Of a DNA stretch of 41,994 nucleotides, positions 8,843-19,210 are shown one piece after another (position 1 is the first letter of the stretch; each line of letters begins with the position of its first letter). Source of the stretch: a virus (taxonomy: Duplodnaviria; Caudoviricetes); the IMG/VR virus record IMGVR_UViG_3300032104_000038, positions 1-41,994 of that record; one strand, 5' to 3'. Made by a program: the position numbers and the translations under genes. The notes below the pieces were generated by a model. The model was not told the origin of the DNA and did no database searches. It saw only the letters and a list, made by a program, of their open reading frames with translations.

Positions 8843-9190
8843 ATGTCATTACACAGTGTAGATAATAGACATGGTCTTCTTCCTTGGCTCTACCCGGATC
8901 ATTTGAGTTTCTTTAGGAGTGAATACGACTCAAAGAAGAGTAATCCAAGTGAGCAAAGTCGTTATCTTGATGAGTATGTAAAAGCAGAAGAAAAAGATGA
9001 TGTAGCCTATAAAGCACAACAAGATAATATCTTCCAAGCACAAGAAGACCAGAGAATTCTTCCTGAGCACAGATCACAACTACCCAATAGGGAAAAACTA
9101 GACTGGAATCCTGAAAAGGAAAAAAATGAAGAGGAAGAAAAGAAGCCAAAGAGGAAGACTAGGAAGAAATCAAATAAGAAGTCTAAATAA
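8843..9190 (+). CDS. Charged hypothetical protein with basic tail
   Basis: C-tract before ATG; K/R-rich C-terminus. Confidence 0.65.
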   Translation: MSLHSVDNRHGLLPWLYPDHLSFFRSEYDSKKSNPSEQSRYLDEYVKAEEKDDVAYKAQQDNIFQAQEDQRILPEHRSQLPNREKLDWNPEKEKNEEEEKKPKRKTRKKSNKKSK

Positions 9191-9204
9191 TTCCCCTCTA
9201 AATA

Positions 9205-9573
9205 ATGTCTAGTTATGCCTATTACGCATCCAACGCCAATGCCACAGCACAGCTTGCAGAAACAGGTAACACTCAACTTGCAACATTTGAAGTAGAGAAT
9301 ATAAATACGGACACTGTTGTTTATCTTCAACTGTTTGATGCTGCCGCTACCGGTGATGTTACAGTGGGAACTACAACTCCTATTCAGTCCTATCAGGTAC
9401 ACATAGGAACAGGTGATGGGAATGCAGGAGGAGGATTGGAAAGTGGAGTGAGGGAGAAATACTTCCGTGATCCCTTACGATTCAGTTTAGGACTTGTATG
9501 GGCTGTTACGAAAGACAGAGAAGGTAACACTGCACCTACTTCTAACTGCATTGTTAACTTCACTCTCATTTAA
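9205..9573 (+). CDS. Small beta-sandwich virion-type protein
   Basis: VYLQLFDAAATGDVTVGTTTP pattern, frequent in phage structural modules. Confidence 0.65.
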   Translation: MSSYAYYASNANATAQLAETGNTQLATFEVENINTDTVVYLQLFDAAATGDVTVGTTTPIQSYQVHIGTGDGNAGGGLESGVREKYFRDPLRFSLGLVWAVTKDREGNTAPTSNCIVNFTLI

Positions 9574-9932
9574 TGCCCTTTCTAAAACCACTAAGAATTC
9601 CTTTAAAGGCAGTTTCAGCAATAGGAATTACTGCCACTCTTTTGGCAGGAGCGGGAGCGGGAGCTAACTGGCTATTTACTAAAGAAACTCCTGATGGAGA
9701 GAGTGCTGCAAGGAATGTATTTTGTGAGAAGTCTGCTAGTGGATCGGGAATGTGTCTTAGGGAAACTGGAGCGATAAATGCTAGTGGAGGCGGTATTTTT
9801 GGAGCAGCAATCTCTGGTTCTACGTTACACACCTTAACAGGCATAACACTCGGAGATAGTGATGGTGCAGGTTGTTCAACAATTTATGTATTGAATGGTG
9901 TTGTAACTGCTGCTACTGACGATTGTCCCTAA
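9573..9932 (+). CDS. Small protein with N-terminal hydrophobic segment and 4 Cys
   Basis: KAVSAIGITATLLAGAGAGANWLF; translationally coupled. Confidence 0.65.
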   Translation: MPFLKPLRIPLKAVSAIGITATLLAGAGAGANWLFTKETPDGESAARNVFCEKSASGSGMCLRETGAINASGGGIFGAAISGSTLHTLTGITLGDSDGAGCSTIYVLNGVVTAATDDCP

Positions 9933-9954
9933 TAATTCCCCATGACCCCCCCTA

Positions 9955-10827
9955 ATGTCTACTGCCGGAACATTACTGGATTTAGGCCAAGAGAAAGCCA
10001 AAATAGACCGAGCAGATATTGGTCTCGCTGGACTTGAGTCAACACACCTACTCCATGTTGTAGATCAGTTAGACAGGAAATATCAGAAAGCATTCCGAAG
10101 AGGTGGAGAAGCGAAAAGGGTCATCTATAGCGAAGATGGAGGTACCATACCATCGAAGACCAATCTTGCAGCAGACGTAGCTAAGGATGCTACGAGTCTT
10201 TCTGTTGATAGCATTTCAGGTGCGACAAGTGGTGGAGGTGCTGCAAGAATATTTGACCAGAATATGTCAGATATATGGGAGTATACAAATGGATCATCTA
10301 AAACTATTACCGGGGTAACTGGTATAAATTTTGCACATGAAGAAGATGACTCCGTACACTGGTTGCAAAAGCTCCCATCAAATTTTGGAGACTTTAGGAG
10401 CACTCAGGATTCAGAAGATGGAGTTATGGTTAATGGTTTGCCATACAGATTTATCACGGGTGATCCTGATGCAAGAGAGTTTTCCGTATATGAATCCAGT
10501 ACAGGAATATATCTTATTTTTCCAAGGGGATTAACAGGTGATTATCATGTTCGATACAACAAAACTGGGACTACTATTGATGAAGAGTCTGATTCTGTGA
10601 CTGTTCCTATTGAGGATGAGGATTACATTACATTTGGTGTTGCAGAGCATATTCTACTTATAGTAGATGCCAATTTATATTCTGTAAGAATTGCTGATTT
10701 CAAAAGACAAAAGGCAACCATATTAAGTAATTCTCTAAAGGAAAGAAACTTAGGCAGAGCACTAAGAATAGTGAAACGAAGACTTCCACGACCTTATTAC
10801 AATGATCCTTCTCTCTATCGTGCCTAA
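9955..10827 (+). CDS. Head-tail adaptor (putative)
   Basis: MSTAGTLL N-terminus and VTVPIEDEDYITFGVA pattern; position before a nozzle-like gene. Confidence 0.55.
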   Translation: MSTAGTLLDLGQEKAKIDRADIGLAGLESTHLLHVVDQLDRKYQKAFRRGGEAKRVIYSEDGGTIPSKTNLAADVAKDATSLSVDSISGATSGGGAARIFDQNMSDIWEYTNGSSKTITGVTGINFAHEEDDSVHWLQKLPSNFGDFRSTQDSEDGVMVNGLPYRFITGDPDAREFSVYESSTGIYLIFPRGLTGDYHVRYNKTGTTIDEESDSVTVPIEDEDYITFGVAEHILLIVDANLYSVRIADFKRQKATILSNSLKERNLGRALRIVKRRLPRPYYNDPSLYRA

Positions 10828-12616
10828 GAATCCTCTGTCAGCATCGGGATTTATAAAATATAGGGATGATCCCAGAAATGCTTTTGATAAAAAAGGAGGA
10901 GTGTTAAGCAGCCCAAGTAAGAATGTACGCTTAACACTTGGGGGAGAGGCTGTAACCAGACCCGGTTATGAGGATACAAGATTTAATCTTGGTGAAGCCG
11001 ACAAAGACCCGAAAGGTCACTATATGGTGGAATATGATCTGACCTTCTTTGCTGTGGGAACAAAGGTCTATTATGTTTCAGGTAAGTTTGATGTAAACAG
11101 CACAAAGATTGATACAGGTATAACTATTACAGATGGAGAAACTGAGAACACACGATTTGAAGAAACCCTTGGTCAAGTGTTAGTGGGGAACAAAACAGAT
11201 GGATGGACAGTGTTCATGGTATCGAGACTCAATGGTGCAGTATCCTCCGGTGCTTCCTCCATAACAGGAGACATTGATGGAGTTGCAAGAACGGCAGGAT
11301 TTGTAACTGAACTTTCCATCAGTAATTTCAATGTAAGAATTGAAGGAACAAATGAAGAGGCAAATGGTACAAATGTTGGTGCTGGTACTTACACACTTAC
11401 TGGGACAGCGTCTAAGGCTTATTCAGATAATGCTATATTCATTATTGTATTTGACACTACTGGTAGATATCCTAAGTGTGAGAAGATTGTCCAGGCAAAC
11501 CAGAAAGGAGGATGTTTGTACTTTATAGGGGTAGATGCAGATGATAGGGTGTTTTCTTCTGATGTTGTGAGGCATGGTGTTGGTTTTACTGAGTTTTATG
11601 GTAACGCAACAGTAGAAAAGATGTTAGACGTAACAGGAGGGGCTTCTGGTGTAGAACTTATGGGTGAAGGTGGAGATATGACGAATATAGTGGCGACAAG
11701 AGAATTTATTTATCTCTTCAAACAGAACAGAGTTGGGTACATTATTGTTGCTGATATTGATACCTCCAGTGGAGCAAGACCCATTAACGTATTCGACAGA
11801 GTGGATCATGGGTGTCTTAATTCTGATTGTGCTGTTGCAATGGGGAGCGATACGATCCCATTCCTTACATCGAATAAGAGGATAGTTGCCATAAGAGTTA
11901 CTACAGAAGAAGGTGCAGTGAAGATTTTTCCTGATGAAACATTTGATCAAGATATTAGGAAAACTTTAGAAGCTATGGACGAGAATCAGCCTGATGCAAT
12001 AATGTTCTATCACACTGGAAGAAGGCTTCTTTACGTTCAAGTGAGCATAGCAAGCGTCCTTACGACACTTGTTTATGACAATAACATCTTCGCATGGCTT
12101 CCTCCCGATGACAATAAAGCCTTCTCGAACTATTTTGAGAGAAAAGGAACTCTTTACTCAACAGATTTAGGTGATGACACTATCTATGAGATGGATATAG
12201 GAAATATAGATGATGATGTTGATATTGATTGTCAGATGGCAACAGGTGTGTTTGACTTGGGAGTGAGTACGGAATGGAAAGAGATTGAATTGGGAGGAGA
12301 CCTGACACAAGATACTGTAATTTCCTTTGAAGGAACTGTAGATAAATCAACGCCCAAAGAGAAGTTCATAAATGCTTCTGATTTCGCTTTCACAGGAGGA
12401 AGATCATTCAGCGATATAGCCATAGGTCAAATGATTATTGGCAATGGACTTACTGCTGAACAATTAGCCTCCTATGAACCCAAGACATTCGCCATAGCTC
12501 CTACGACCTTTGGAAGACGATTCCAACCTGTTCTACGGAGTGCAGGTGCATTTACATGGAGATCATACACAATTTCTGCCACTCCTTTATCTCATTCCAT
12601 TTCACCAACAGTATGA
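10802..12616 (+). CDS. Tail nozzle / P22 gp10-like stabilization protein (putative)
   Basis: 604 aa, beta-rich; NVRL...TRPGY, HGCL, TLVYD...W patterns of podovirus nozzle proteins. Confidence 0.65.
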   Translation: MILLSIVPKNPLSASGFIKYRDDPRNAFDKKGGVLSSPSKNVRLTLGGEAVTRPGYEDTRFNLGEADKDPKGHYMVEYDLTFFAVGTKVYYVSGKFDVNSTKIDTGITITDGETENTRFEETLGQVLVGNKTDGWTVFMVSRLNGAVSSGASSITGDIDGVARTAGFVTELSISNFNVRIEGTNEEANGTNVGAGTYTLTGTASKAYSDNAIFIIVFDTTGRYPKCEKIVQANQKGGCLYFIGVDADDRVFSSDVVRHGVGFTEFYGNATVEKMLDVTGGASGVELMGEGGDMTNIVATREFIYLFKQNRVGYIIVADIDTSSGARPINVFDRVDHGCLNSDCAVAMGSDTIPFLTSNKRIVAIRVTTEEGAVKIFPDETFDQDIRKTLEAMDENQPDAIMFYHTGRRLLYVQVSIASVLTTLVYDNNIFAWLPPDDNKAFSNYFERKGTLYSTDLGDDTIYEMDIGNIDDDVDIDCQMATGVFDLGVSTEWKEIELGGDLTQDTVISFEGTVDKSTPKEKFINASDFAFTGGRSFSDIAIGQMIIGNGLTAEQLASYEPKTFAIAPTTFGRRFQPVLRSAGAFTWRSYTISATPLSHSISPTV

Positions 12617-13989
12617 TGAAAAAATTTATCACTATAATCGGCATTGCGTTGATAATTATTCTTATGATGATTGTTAAATCTAAGGAGGCTGAAGCAATCA
12701 CTAAAACTCCCACTGATTATGCAAATAATATCACCGGAAGATTGAGGCTAAAAATCAGTGCAACAAAAACAGCCAATGTGTCTGTGACTGCTGATACTTA
12801 CAATACAGCTTCAGGATCATCACCTGTTACATTCCCTACTGGAGAAATGATTCTCCGATTCAGTCGAAGAACAGGAAACAAGAACAGTGTGGAATGTGTG
12901 GCTGTAGCGAGTGGAACTACTCAATCTAATGCTACGGTTACTCTGGGAACTCTCACAAGAAATATCTCTTGTGACGAAGGGGATCAGTTTACTTCCAATG
13001 GAGATGGATTGGTGTTCCCCGGAGGAACTATCGTTGAATTAACATGGGGAGTCCATCAAGCGGAAAATACTGTCTATAGAGATAATGCAAACGAGTATTC
13101 TGCTTCCGGTGCTATAAAGTTCACAGGAAGTGGTTCTTTTGATCTACCAAGAATAGCTTCTGATGCAGCAAGAGATCTTCAATACCCCAATCCTGCTGAT
13201 GGAAGAAAGTTCTACCATACAGGTGATGATGCGGAGTATACGAGAGTAGCTGGTTCATGGGTACTTACTGCATCAGGTGGAGTAGTAAATGCAGGATATG
13301 GCAATGCAGGGAAAGTGGAATTGGCTACACCAACAGAGATATTTAATGGCACCGCTTCTGGGGCAGCTTCTCTTGTTCCGGCGGTAAAAGATATTGTTAC
13401 TTCCTCATCGGGAGGATCAAACATAGGTCATATCGTAGCACTTAGCGGAGGGGGCATATTTCATGGAAGTGTTCTTGGAAGAAATAATGATGAAACAAGT
13501 ACAGGAAGTGGAGAATTTCTTAGGAAAGATAATGCTGGTAAATCTGTGTGGACGGAATCTCCTGCTAAAACAGGTTCTGGTGTTAATATTGATATTGATG
13601 TTACAAATACTACTGAAATTAGTTTAACAGCCACAACATTTTCTCAGATCAGTGCGAATCTTCAGGCATCCATGACAATAGAATCTGGGGATTTGCTCCA
13701 TTTCTTATTTACAGGATCATTTCAAGGAAGTGCCACTGCTTGTGCTCTTATTAACTTTGATTTCCAGATCGGGGCAGGTCACATTGGCGGAGCGAATGGA
13801 ATTGCATCGACATCACCTAATGGTACAACTGCTGATGGCGTAGGTATAACTGTTTCATTCTACCATATAACAACAACGGGTGGGACTGTGAATATGCAAC
13901 CTCTTTACAGAGTGAATGCGAATACTTGTACTTTGCAATGTGATGCTACTAATGCCTCTTGTAAATTCCAAGTTGTTAAAATACGTTAA
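12613..13989 (+). CDS. Tail-associated protein with signal peptide
   Basis: ATGA-coupled start MMKKFITIIGIALIIILMMIVKSKEAEA (AxA site); AGKVELATPTE fibre-like motif. Confidence 0.7.
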   Translation: MMKKFITIIGIALIIILMMIVKSKEAEAITKTPTDYANNITGRLRLKISATKTANVSVTADTYNTASGSSPVTFPTGEMILRFSRRTGNKNSVECVAVASGTTQSNATVTLGTLTRNISCDEGDQFTSNGDGLVFPGGTIVELTWGVHQAENTVYRDNANEYSASGAIKFTGSGSFDLPRIASDAARDLQYPNPADGRKFYHTGDDAEYTRVAGSWVLTASGGVVNAGYGNAGKVELATPTEIFNGTASGAASLVPAVKDIVTSSSGGSNIGHIVALSGGGIFHGSVLGRNNDETSTGSGEFLRKDNAGKSVWTESPAKTGSGVNIDIDVTNTTEISLTATTFSQISANLQASMTIESGDLLHFLFTGSFQGSATACALINFDFQIGAGHIGGANGIASTSPNGTTADGVGITVSFYHITTTGGTVNMQPLYRVNANTCTLQCDATNASCKFQVVKIR

Positions 13990-16958
13990 TGGCTAATTTA
14001 TCTTTCTTAGGCGAACTTATTGGAAAATCCAAGTTTGGAGCAAAAGGGATTGATGAATCTGAAGCAGCGAGAAAGGCTGTAATACGGGCTAATAATCTTA
14101 TAGCTTTATTCACTCTGAATCCTGAGCTTGCAAGTGTGAAAGGAAAGGCTGCTGTGAGAGCAGGTCTGGACCCACTTACTGCCGAAGAGAGTGCCCTTGT
14201 GAGAGGGTCTAACATAACTCAATTAAGTCAGAGTCAAATAGCGTCCTTCCTTCCGCAAGGCATAACTCTTCAGACCATAGGGCAAATAGAAGCTAACCTT
14301 ATTGGTGGCAATACAAGAGAATCCAAAGCCAGGGCAGCAAACAGAAGAAGGAATATTCTTGCAGGAAGATCAGACATTGATTTCTTAGAACCTCCTCCCC
14401 CTCCTCCTGAACCACTGGAACCTGTTGATATTGAAGGAGAGTTTGGAAAGCTAAGAAGTGTGAAAGGGGGCTTTAGGAAAGGATTAACTGAATTAGATTT
14501 CATTGATATTCAACGAGCAAACCCTGATTTGAATGATAAGGAATTGTTAGACCTTGTAGAAGAAGCTAACAGATTACTGGGACAAGTGGAAGGCTTTGCC
14601 AGACGAGCACAATTTGATGAAGACCCTCTACAGAAAGCCAGGTTCGCTCAAGCTAGGGATGATGCTAGGGCAATACTCAATGAAATAGGATTTGAGGCTC
14701 AGGTAGGAGAAGCTATTGAGATTGGTACTGGATTACAAACTAGAGAACCTGTAAGAGCCAGAGCAGATGTAGGAACTGGCCCTACTGCTGAAGAGGGAAG
14801 TGCAGCAGCAGTGAGACAGGCAGAAATACAGTCTAACCGTATTCTTCGTCAGATAGAATCTGGTGAAATCACCCCAGAGCAGGGGGCACAGCAACAATCA
14901 GAGTTACAAAGGATACAAAAGAAAAGAGAGGAGGAGGCTGTAGGAATAGACCCAGTTACAGGCATTCGGTTTCCCTTAGAATCAAGAAAAGAACGCAGAG
15001 GTGGGCCTGTTACATCTGTTAAAGGAACAGTTCCAAGGGGTGTTCCAGAGGGAACAAAACCAGAAGTAGAAACTGCATTACAAGAATTGGCAAATACTAA
15101 CCCAGAGGCAGCGGATTCCGTTATGGATTCTCTTGGATTCACTTCTACTCCTGAGCCTGATAACATAGCTGAAAACTCAGCAACTACTGCCGGAATGTCA
15201 GGTGCAGCATCCTCTTCACCAGAATCAGCTAAGGATGGTGCTTCCCAGTCTATGATTCAAGGATATGAAGAATATGACAAAGCTATTGAAGATCAGGATA
15301 GGATAAAAGAAATTAAAGAAGAGGGGGCAAAAGAAAGAGAAGAGAAGAGAGATGCTTACATAGGTGATTGGAAGGAAAAATATGAGAAGATATTTGATGA
15401 TTCCAAAGATGTACTTGATAGTGTGAGAGAAAGGAAGGAGAAGCATCTCCTAGAGCAGAAGAAAAATGCCCTTGCACAATTGGCTTGGCAACAGAATGAA
15501 ACATTAAGAAACGAGAAGAGGAAAAAGAATGAAGCTATTATAAAGAGAGAGCGGGAACTAATACTTGGTGGTGGTGGATGGTCTGGCAACGGACTACGAG
15601 AAATAAGGGAGGCTGATGCAGAATGGGATCAGCAAATAACAAACATGGCTATTCAGTTTGGATTCCAGAGATCGGATAAGAGTGACTTCTTTACTGAGAA
15701 ATATATCAAGATTCAAGAAGATTATGAAATTGCTTCTGAGAAAGCCACTAAGGATTTGCGAACAGAACTACAAAGACTTGAAGGACAGGAAATAACATCT
15801 GCCGTTACCAGAGAAAAGGCAGAAGAGGATGCTATGACAGAATATGAGTCTAATGTTTCTAAGATACGTCTGGATAAGGCTGTTGCGATTAGAGAAGATG
15901 CAAAGACAATGGCAGTAGATAATAATGCAAAGAGAAAGGCTGAAATCAAAGAAGGGGATGATAAACTTAAGACCAAATCTAGGATTCGTAGTGATATACA
16001 ACGGGACAAGACAATCACTTCCTCTAATGATGTGGATGGATTCTTTGGTGCACTTTTGGCTTCTAATGAAAGATATTTACAAGTTTTGGATGATATAAAA
16101 ACTGGAAAAATAAATAAGAAAGAGGGAGAATCTGCCTTGGGTATATCACAAACAGGTGTTGTTGCTGGACTTGCTCGTATTTTTGATCCTGGTTCTGTTG
16201 TTAGAAATGAAGAATTTGAAAGGCAGACGAGGGGGCAAGCATGGGTTAATGTAGCAAGAGGATTCTGGCAAAGAATTGAAGCTGGTGGTATCGGATTGTC
16301 ATCTACTGATGTTGCAGAAATGGTAATAGTTGCAAATCAAGTACATGAATCATGGGAAGAGCGATACCAAGTTCAAATGCAACAATTCATAGGTGATGTA
16401 GATGACTGGAATGAAAACCATCCAGAAAATGTAATGGAATATAAAGATGTTCTTCCTATTGATCGCCTTCCATTAGAACAACAGACAGAGGATAAATGGA
16501 CACAAGATGATACAGAAGGGAATACTGATACACCATCCTCTGAAACTCTTTCATTTGATAATTGGAAATCTTCAGTTGGCTCAGGAAATGTTATCGAGGG
16601 AAGCAAATTCCACACAGGACTAGATGAAAGCGCAGTAGATATTGATGGAAAGATTGGTGATCCTATTCCTGCATTTTCCAGTGGTCGTGTTACACAAGTG
16701 GATAATAAAGGAGAAGGTGGATTAGGTAAGTTTGTTGTAGTGACAGACAGTCAAGGGTTTAAGAAGTTATACGCTCACTTAGATAGTGTTTCTCTAAAGG
16801 TAGGTAATGATATTTCATCAGGAGATAACATAGGAATGATGGGTAATACAGGGAATGTTATTCCTTTGTCTGGTGATGGATCGCATCTTCATTTTAGAGT
16901 CACTAGAGACGGAAAACCATTTACCATAGACGAATATTTATCAATTACACAAGTCTAA
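13989..16958 (+). CDS. Ejection/internal virion protein with C-terminal M23 peptidase
   Basis: Long coiled coil; AVDIDGKIGDPI..., LYAHL, GNTG, SHLHFRV are M23 motifs. Confidence 0.85.
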   Translation: MANLSFLGELIGKSKFGAKGIDESEAARKAVIRANNLIALFTLNPELASVKGKAAVRAGLDPLTAEESALVRGSNITQLSQSQIASFLPQGITLQTIGQIEANLIGGNTRESKARAANRRRNILAGRSDIDFLEPPPPPPEPLEPVDIEGEFGKLRSVKGGFRKGLTELDFIDIQRANPDLNDKELLDLVEEANRLLGQVEGFARRAQFDEDPLQKARFAQARDDARAILNEIGFEAQVGEAIEIGTGLQTREPVRARADVGTGPTAEEGSAAAVRQAEIQSNRILRQIESGEITPEQGAQQQSELQRIQKKREEEAVGIDPVTGIRFPLESRKERRGGPVTSVKGTVPRGVPEGTKPEVETALQELANTNPEAADSVMDSLGFTSTPEPDNIAENSATTAGMSGAASSSPESAKDGASQSMIQGYEEYDKAIEDQDRIKEIKEEGAKEREEKRDAYIGDWKEKYEKIFDDSKDVLDSVRERKEKHLLEQKKNALAQLAWQQNETLRNEKRKKNEAIIKRERELILGGGGWSGNGLREIREADAEWDQQITNMAIQFGFQRSDKSDFFTEKYIKIQEDYEIASEKATKDLRTELQRLEGQEITSAVTREKAEEDAMTEYESNVSKIRLDKAVAIREDAKTMAVDNNAKRKAEIKEGDDKLKTKSRIRSDIQRDKTITSSNDVDGFFGALLASNERYLQVLDDIKTGKINKKEGESALGISQTGVVAGLARIFDPGSVVRNEEFERQTRGQAWVNVARGFWQRIEAGGIGLSSTDVAEMVIVANQVHESWEERYQVQMQQFIGDVDDWNENHPENVMEYKDVLPIDRLPLEQQTEDKWTQDDTEGNTDTPSSETLSFDNWKSSVGSGNVIEGSKFHTGLDESAVDIDGKIGDPIPAFSSGRVTQVDNKGEGGLGKFVVVTDSQGFKKLYAHLDSVSLKVGNDISSGDNIGMMGNTGNVIPLSGDGSHLHFRVTRDGKPFTIDEYLSITQV

Positions 16959-16959
16959 A

Positions 16960-18765
16960 ATGCCAACCACTCAAGAAATCACTAGGTTCAGGCGAACATC
17001 GGGAGACTTGTCAACGATGAATCGTATGTACGATTCTGACCCTGCCTTTCAGGTAAGAGTAGACCGAGTAAGAGGAAAGAATCCAAATATGACTTCTTTT
17101 GAGAAAGAAAAGTTTCCAGGATTCATGCTTGATCTTGTTTATGGTAGTAAAGACGGTACTCCAAAGGTTAATAATCAAACTACGGCAGAAATGACTCAGA
17201 AAATGGCAAGGAGACAGGATAAGTTAATGGAAAAAGGGAGTGTAGACGAAGATTCCGAACAGCAACCAGAAATTGAGAAGGGTGAAGAGGAGATTAAAGG
17301 TGCTTTCGACTTCCTAAGGCCAAAAGACACCATTATGGATTCCCTTTCCGGAATACTGAATCCAGAAGCATCAGTTGAGAGGGCTGTAGGAGCTTTAGGT
17401 AGATTAGGGAAAGGAGAACAGGGATTTGGCTCAACAGTATTACAAGCCACAGCAGCAGCATCAGGATCACCATTTGAACAAGCTGCCTCAGCTATAATTC
17501 CTGTTGCGAAGGGAACATTCAATCTTTCTACTAGGATAGCAACCTTTATAGGAGGTGCAGACAATGAAGAGTTTAAAGCTAAGTTAGCTCAGGGCTTACA
17601 GACTGCTATTCAGGATGATCCTGTTATTGGAAAGGCAATCCGTTCCGCCGTATCTATTGCAGAAAGAATAGAAGAGATAGAAGACCCAGTAGTAAGAGAA
17701 AACATTAAATCTATTGCTGAACTTGTATTTCTCCTCCCTGCTGAAAGAGCAATAGAACCATTTGCAAGAGAGGCGGTTAGTCTAATGAGACAGACAGTGG
17801 CAAGGGGAGCAAGAAGTCAGGTAGATGATGCTGTAAGAAAAGTAGTACAGGCTAAGAAACCAAGAGAAGTGTCTGCTGCCAGAGATGCCCTTGCGGAACT
17901 TGATACTAGAGGTGTGGAAACATATAAAGATTTGGCCAATGCTATTGAAGACAAAACTTCTGTTCTTATTAGTAAACAGAATGAATTACTAGGAGAAACA
18001 GCCAAAGAATTACACAGTGTTGAATCTTTGCAGAAGGCTACTAAGGTTGGAAATAAAACTGTGAAGACAGATTTCATTACAAAAGCTCTTGATGATCTGG
18101 AAGAATTATATGCAAAGACTAGTGATCCTGAAAACTATACAAGAATATTGGAAGCAAAAAGGATATTAGAAACGAGAGGTATATCAGGTAAAGAGGTGAA
18201 TGATCTTGCTAGGGAATATGGAAGGGAATTTGGTAACAAGGCTTTCACAAGTCAGGATGTACCAAGGACAAGTGTAAACTCTGTCTCATTTGAGAATACT
18301 AGAGGAGGATTAAAAGAAACATCTAGGGGTCTTATGAAAGACGATGCAGTAAAACTCCTTGATGAAGAAATATCTAATCTTATAACCACCGAGAGGCTTG
18401 TGAAAAAGATGGTAGAAAGTGTAGATCAACTCAATGCAAAAGTGGTTCCCAGAGGAGTTACTGAGACAATAGGAAGAGGAATTGGGAAAGTTGTTTCAGG
18501 TGCTTTTGACACATTTACATTAGGACTTGGGAGAGGAATAATTTCATCTATCAGGCCAAGTAATCTTGGATTAAAGACTATGAATTCTCTTGGAATTCAG
18601 AAGGCACTAAAAAAGAATCTGAAACAGGCTAAAAAACTTCTTGACCAAGCAGGAACCATTCCCAAGAAACAATTTGATAAAGAGATAACTAAATTCTTTG
18701 ATGATGTTATTGAAGAAACTACCACTCCACAGGATTTGCCCATCCCAACGCCAGCAACAGAATGA
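16960..18765 (+). CDS. Second ejection/internal virion protein (putative)
   Basis: 601 aa helical protein directly after the M23 protein. Confidence 0.6.
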   Translation: MPTTQEITRFRRTSGDLSTMNRMYDSDPAFQVRVDRVRGKNPNMTSFEKEKFPGFMLDLVYGSKDGTPKVNNQTTAEMTQKMARRQDKLMEKGSVDEDSEQQPEIEKGEEEIKGAFDFLRPKDTIMDSLSGILNPEASVERAVGALGRLGKGEQGFGSTVLQATAAASGSPFEQAASAIIPVAKGTFNLSTRIATFIGGADNEEFKAKLAQGLQTAIQDDPVIGKAIRSAVSIAERIEEIEDPVVRENIKSIAELVFLLPAERAIEPFAREAVSLMRQTVARGARSQVDDAVRKVVQAKKPREVSAARDALAELDTRGVETYKDLANAIEDKTSVLISKQNELLGETAKELHSVESLQKATKVGNKTVKTDFITKALDDLEELYAKTSDPENYTRILEAKRILETRGISGKEVNDLAREYGREFGNKAFTSQDVPRTSVNSVSFENTRGGLKETSRGLMKDDAVKLLDEEISNLITTERLVKKMVESVDQLNAKVVPRGVTETIGRGIGKVVSGAFDTFTLGLGRGIISSIRPSNLGLKTMNSLGIQKALKKNLKQAKKLLDQAGTIPKKQFDKEITKFFDDVIEETTTPQDLPIPTPATE

Positions 18766-18813
18766 TTAAGATTATCCATCCCATATCGCCATTATATCCT
18801 TCCCCCCCTCATT

Positions 18814-18906
18814 ATGCCAGCAGGTCGCGGATACCTAAAAAAGGCCAGAAAAAGAACTAAGAGGCCAAGAATGAGCCGTCGTAGAAGTTCTCGTAAGAAA
18901 CGTTAA
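18814..18906 (+). CDS. Protamine-like 30-aa peptide MPAGRGYLKKARKRTKRPRMSRRRSSRKKR
   Basis: Preceded by TTCCCCCCCTCATT like other genes; fills the gap and stops 2 nt before the next ATG. Confidence 0.65.
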   Translation: MPAGRGYLKKARKRTKRPRMSRRRSSRKKR

Positions 18907-18908
18907 TT

Positions 18909-19199
18909 ATGAATACATCTCGTCCCAAAAACGGCAGTATAAGCTCCAATAAGGTTGTATGGTTCATGATCACAGCACTCCTTGGTGTGAGTATGTGGTT
19001 TGCAGGTCGTCTAGCTACGAACATACGCTATGAATTAAATACCACTACTGCTACCGCTGCCGAAAACAAAACAACAAATGCCAAGCAAGATGTAGAGATA
19101 AAAGGTGTTCACAGTTATCTCAAAAGAATAGAAAAGAACCAGGACAAGATGAGTGATACCCTAGAAACTATTCTTACTCGTACTTTCCCTAGAAGATGA
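18909..19199 (+). CDS. Single-TM plus coiled-coil protein (lysis-associated/holin-like)
   Basis: VVWFMITALLGVSMWFAG followed by coiled coil; upstream of the endolysin. Confidence 0.6.
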   Translation: MNTSRPKNGSISSNKVVWFMITALLGVSMWFAGRLATNIRYELNTTTATAAENKTTNAKQDVEIKGVHSYLKRIEKNQDKMSDTLETILTRTFPRR

Positions 19200-19210
19200 A
19201 GCCTTCTTAT

